This document shows, one piece after another, positions 63,092 through 64,000 of a DNA stretch of 64,000 bases. Under the pieces are notes generated by a model that saw nothing but the letters and a program-made list of their open reading frames with translations, ran no database searches and was not told the DNA's origin. Position 1 is the first letter of the stretch. Every line of letters starts with the position of its first letter. The DNA is taken from assembly GCA_046045965.1 (NCBI GenBank), contig JBJOKS010000012.1, positions 1 to 64,000 on the forward strand, written 5' to 3'. The position numbers and the translations under genes are program-made. The DNA comes from Cyanobacteriota bacterium (GTDB lineage: Bacteria; Cyanobacteriota; Cyanobacteriia; Cyanobacteriales; Nostocaceae).

Positions 63092-63748
63092 TTATTTAAT
63101 ATTTTCTACTTGTGTTTTTAACCAACTCCGAAAATTCCTAATCATTGCCACCTCACCCACTTCTAAACTTGCAGCCAAAAACCGAGGAACTTCTGTATTT
63201 AAAGGTAAATTGGCACAGGTTGGTGAACTATTACAAGGAATATATTTACCATCAGATAAACTATAAATTTGCATCACAGGTTCATCATAACGCCACACTT
63301 CAGGAACACCTAAAGCTAAATAAATCGGTAATTTATCAATAGAAGAACTAGCATAATCAACTTCTATCACTAAATCGGGTGGGGGATCTTGGGTTAAATC
63401 TAAAGTTTTTTTATTTCTCATGATTGGTTCATTTTGAATATAGAAACTAGAATCAGGTTCTACACCTCTCGCTAAATCTTCTCTTTTACAAGTTAATGAA
63501 CCAGTGCTTTTAACATTGAGATTTAATTCCTCAACTAAAGTATCAATTAGCTTTTCTAGTAAGCGTTTATTGTGTTCATGAGGCATTAATGGAGTCATAA
63601 TTTCTAAAATTCCCTGATTATAAGTAAATCTGTTGTTGCGAGTATCACCTGTTTCTAATAAAATCCTTTCAAAAGTATTCCAGGAAATATTATGGAGGAT
63701 GACGCTATTGGTGTGAGTGTTGCTGTGAGTAGGTGCTAGAGTTACCAT
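63092..63748 (-). CDS. Uma2 family endonuclease-like protein
   Basis: EPDSSFY, PPPDLVIEVD, GVPEVWRYD. Confidence 0.92.
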   Translation of the reverse strand: MVTLAPTHSNTHTNSVILHNISWNTFERILLETGDTRNNRFTYNQGILEIMTPLMPHEHNKRLLEKLIDTLVEELNLNVKSTGSLTCKREDLARGVEPDSSFYIQNEPIMRNKKTLDLTQDPPPDLVIEVDYASSSIDKLPIYLALGVPEVWRYDEPVMQIYSLSDGKYIPCNSSPTCANLPLNTEVPRFLAASLEVGEVAMIRNFRSWLKTQVENIK

Positions 63749-63892
63749 AGAAATTCACCTCGCAGTTTTAATTATTCTATTATATCACTTTAGATAATAG
63801 GGAAGAAGAAATAGGAAATAGAAAATAATAAATCCCCGACTTATTTACAAAATCGGGGATCTAAATATGCTCAAATTCTGAAATCTCAACTA

Positions 63893-64000
63893 TTAAGAAA
63901 TATCTTGCAATTCAGCAGTACGAACTGAAAGCACCTGAGTTTGATTTCCTCTTTGTATTTTCACATCCAACATTTCACCCAAACGACTATCTTCCACAAC
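63893..64000 (-). CDS. C-terminal fragment, probably the PDZ end of an HtrA/HhoA serine protease
   Basis: Own translation VVEDSRLGEMLDVKIQRGNQTQVLSVRTAELQDIS*. Confidence 0.6.
   Translation of the reverse strand, partial: VVEDSRLGEMLDVKIQRGNQTQVLSVRTAELQDIS

Overview
AT-rich genomic DNA from a heterocyst-forming cyanobacterium (Nostocales; frequent HIP1 GCGATCGC sites, 7-bp STRR tandem repeats, het/hep genes). From left to right: (1) the right end of a tandem array of small double-glycine-leader peptide genes, two of which share a conserved promoter/operator block; (2) an M16 peptidase pair, TetR, DUF4332, PhzF, Uma2 and a small protein/aspartic protease pair; (3) an AT-rich two-gene cassette with PD-(D/E)XK-like motifs, bounded by repeats; (4) ahcY and MscS; (5) a ~42-kb heterocyst envelope polysaccharide (HEP) and differentiation region with hepB-like glycosyltransferases, a divergent beta-propeller/PIG-L/GT4 group, aspartoacylase, the rfbF...hepC-hepA...Wzy-like island, a TerY-P-like vWA/PP2C/kinase triad, a PatA-family regulator, a MalK-type ATPase, hetP and a HetR box, but no intact hetC; (6) GH116, DUF29, two Uma2 genes and the 3' end of an HtrA/HhoA protease. 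Small mobile repeats are common, several sit in frame inside genes, and one MITE keeps 18-bp TIRs and an 8-bp target duplication. No rRNA, tRNA, CRISPR array or transposase was seen. All calls come from reading the sequence and recalling protein families; no searches were run.
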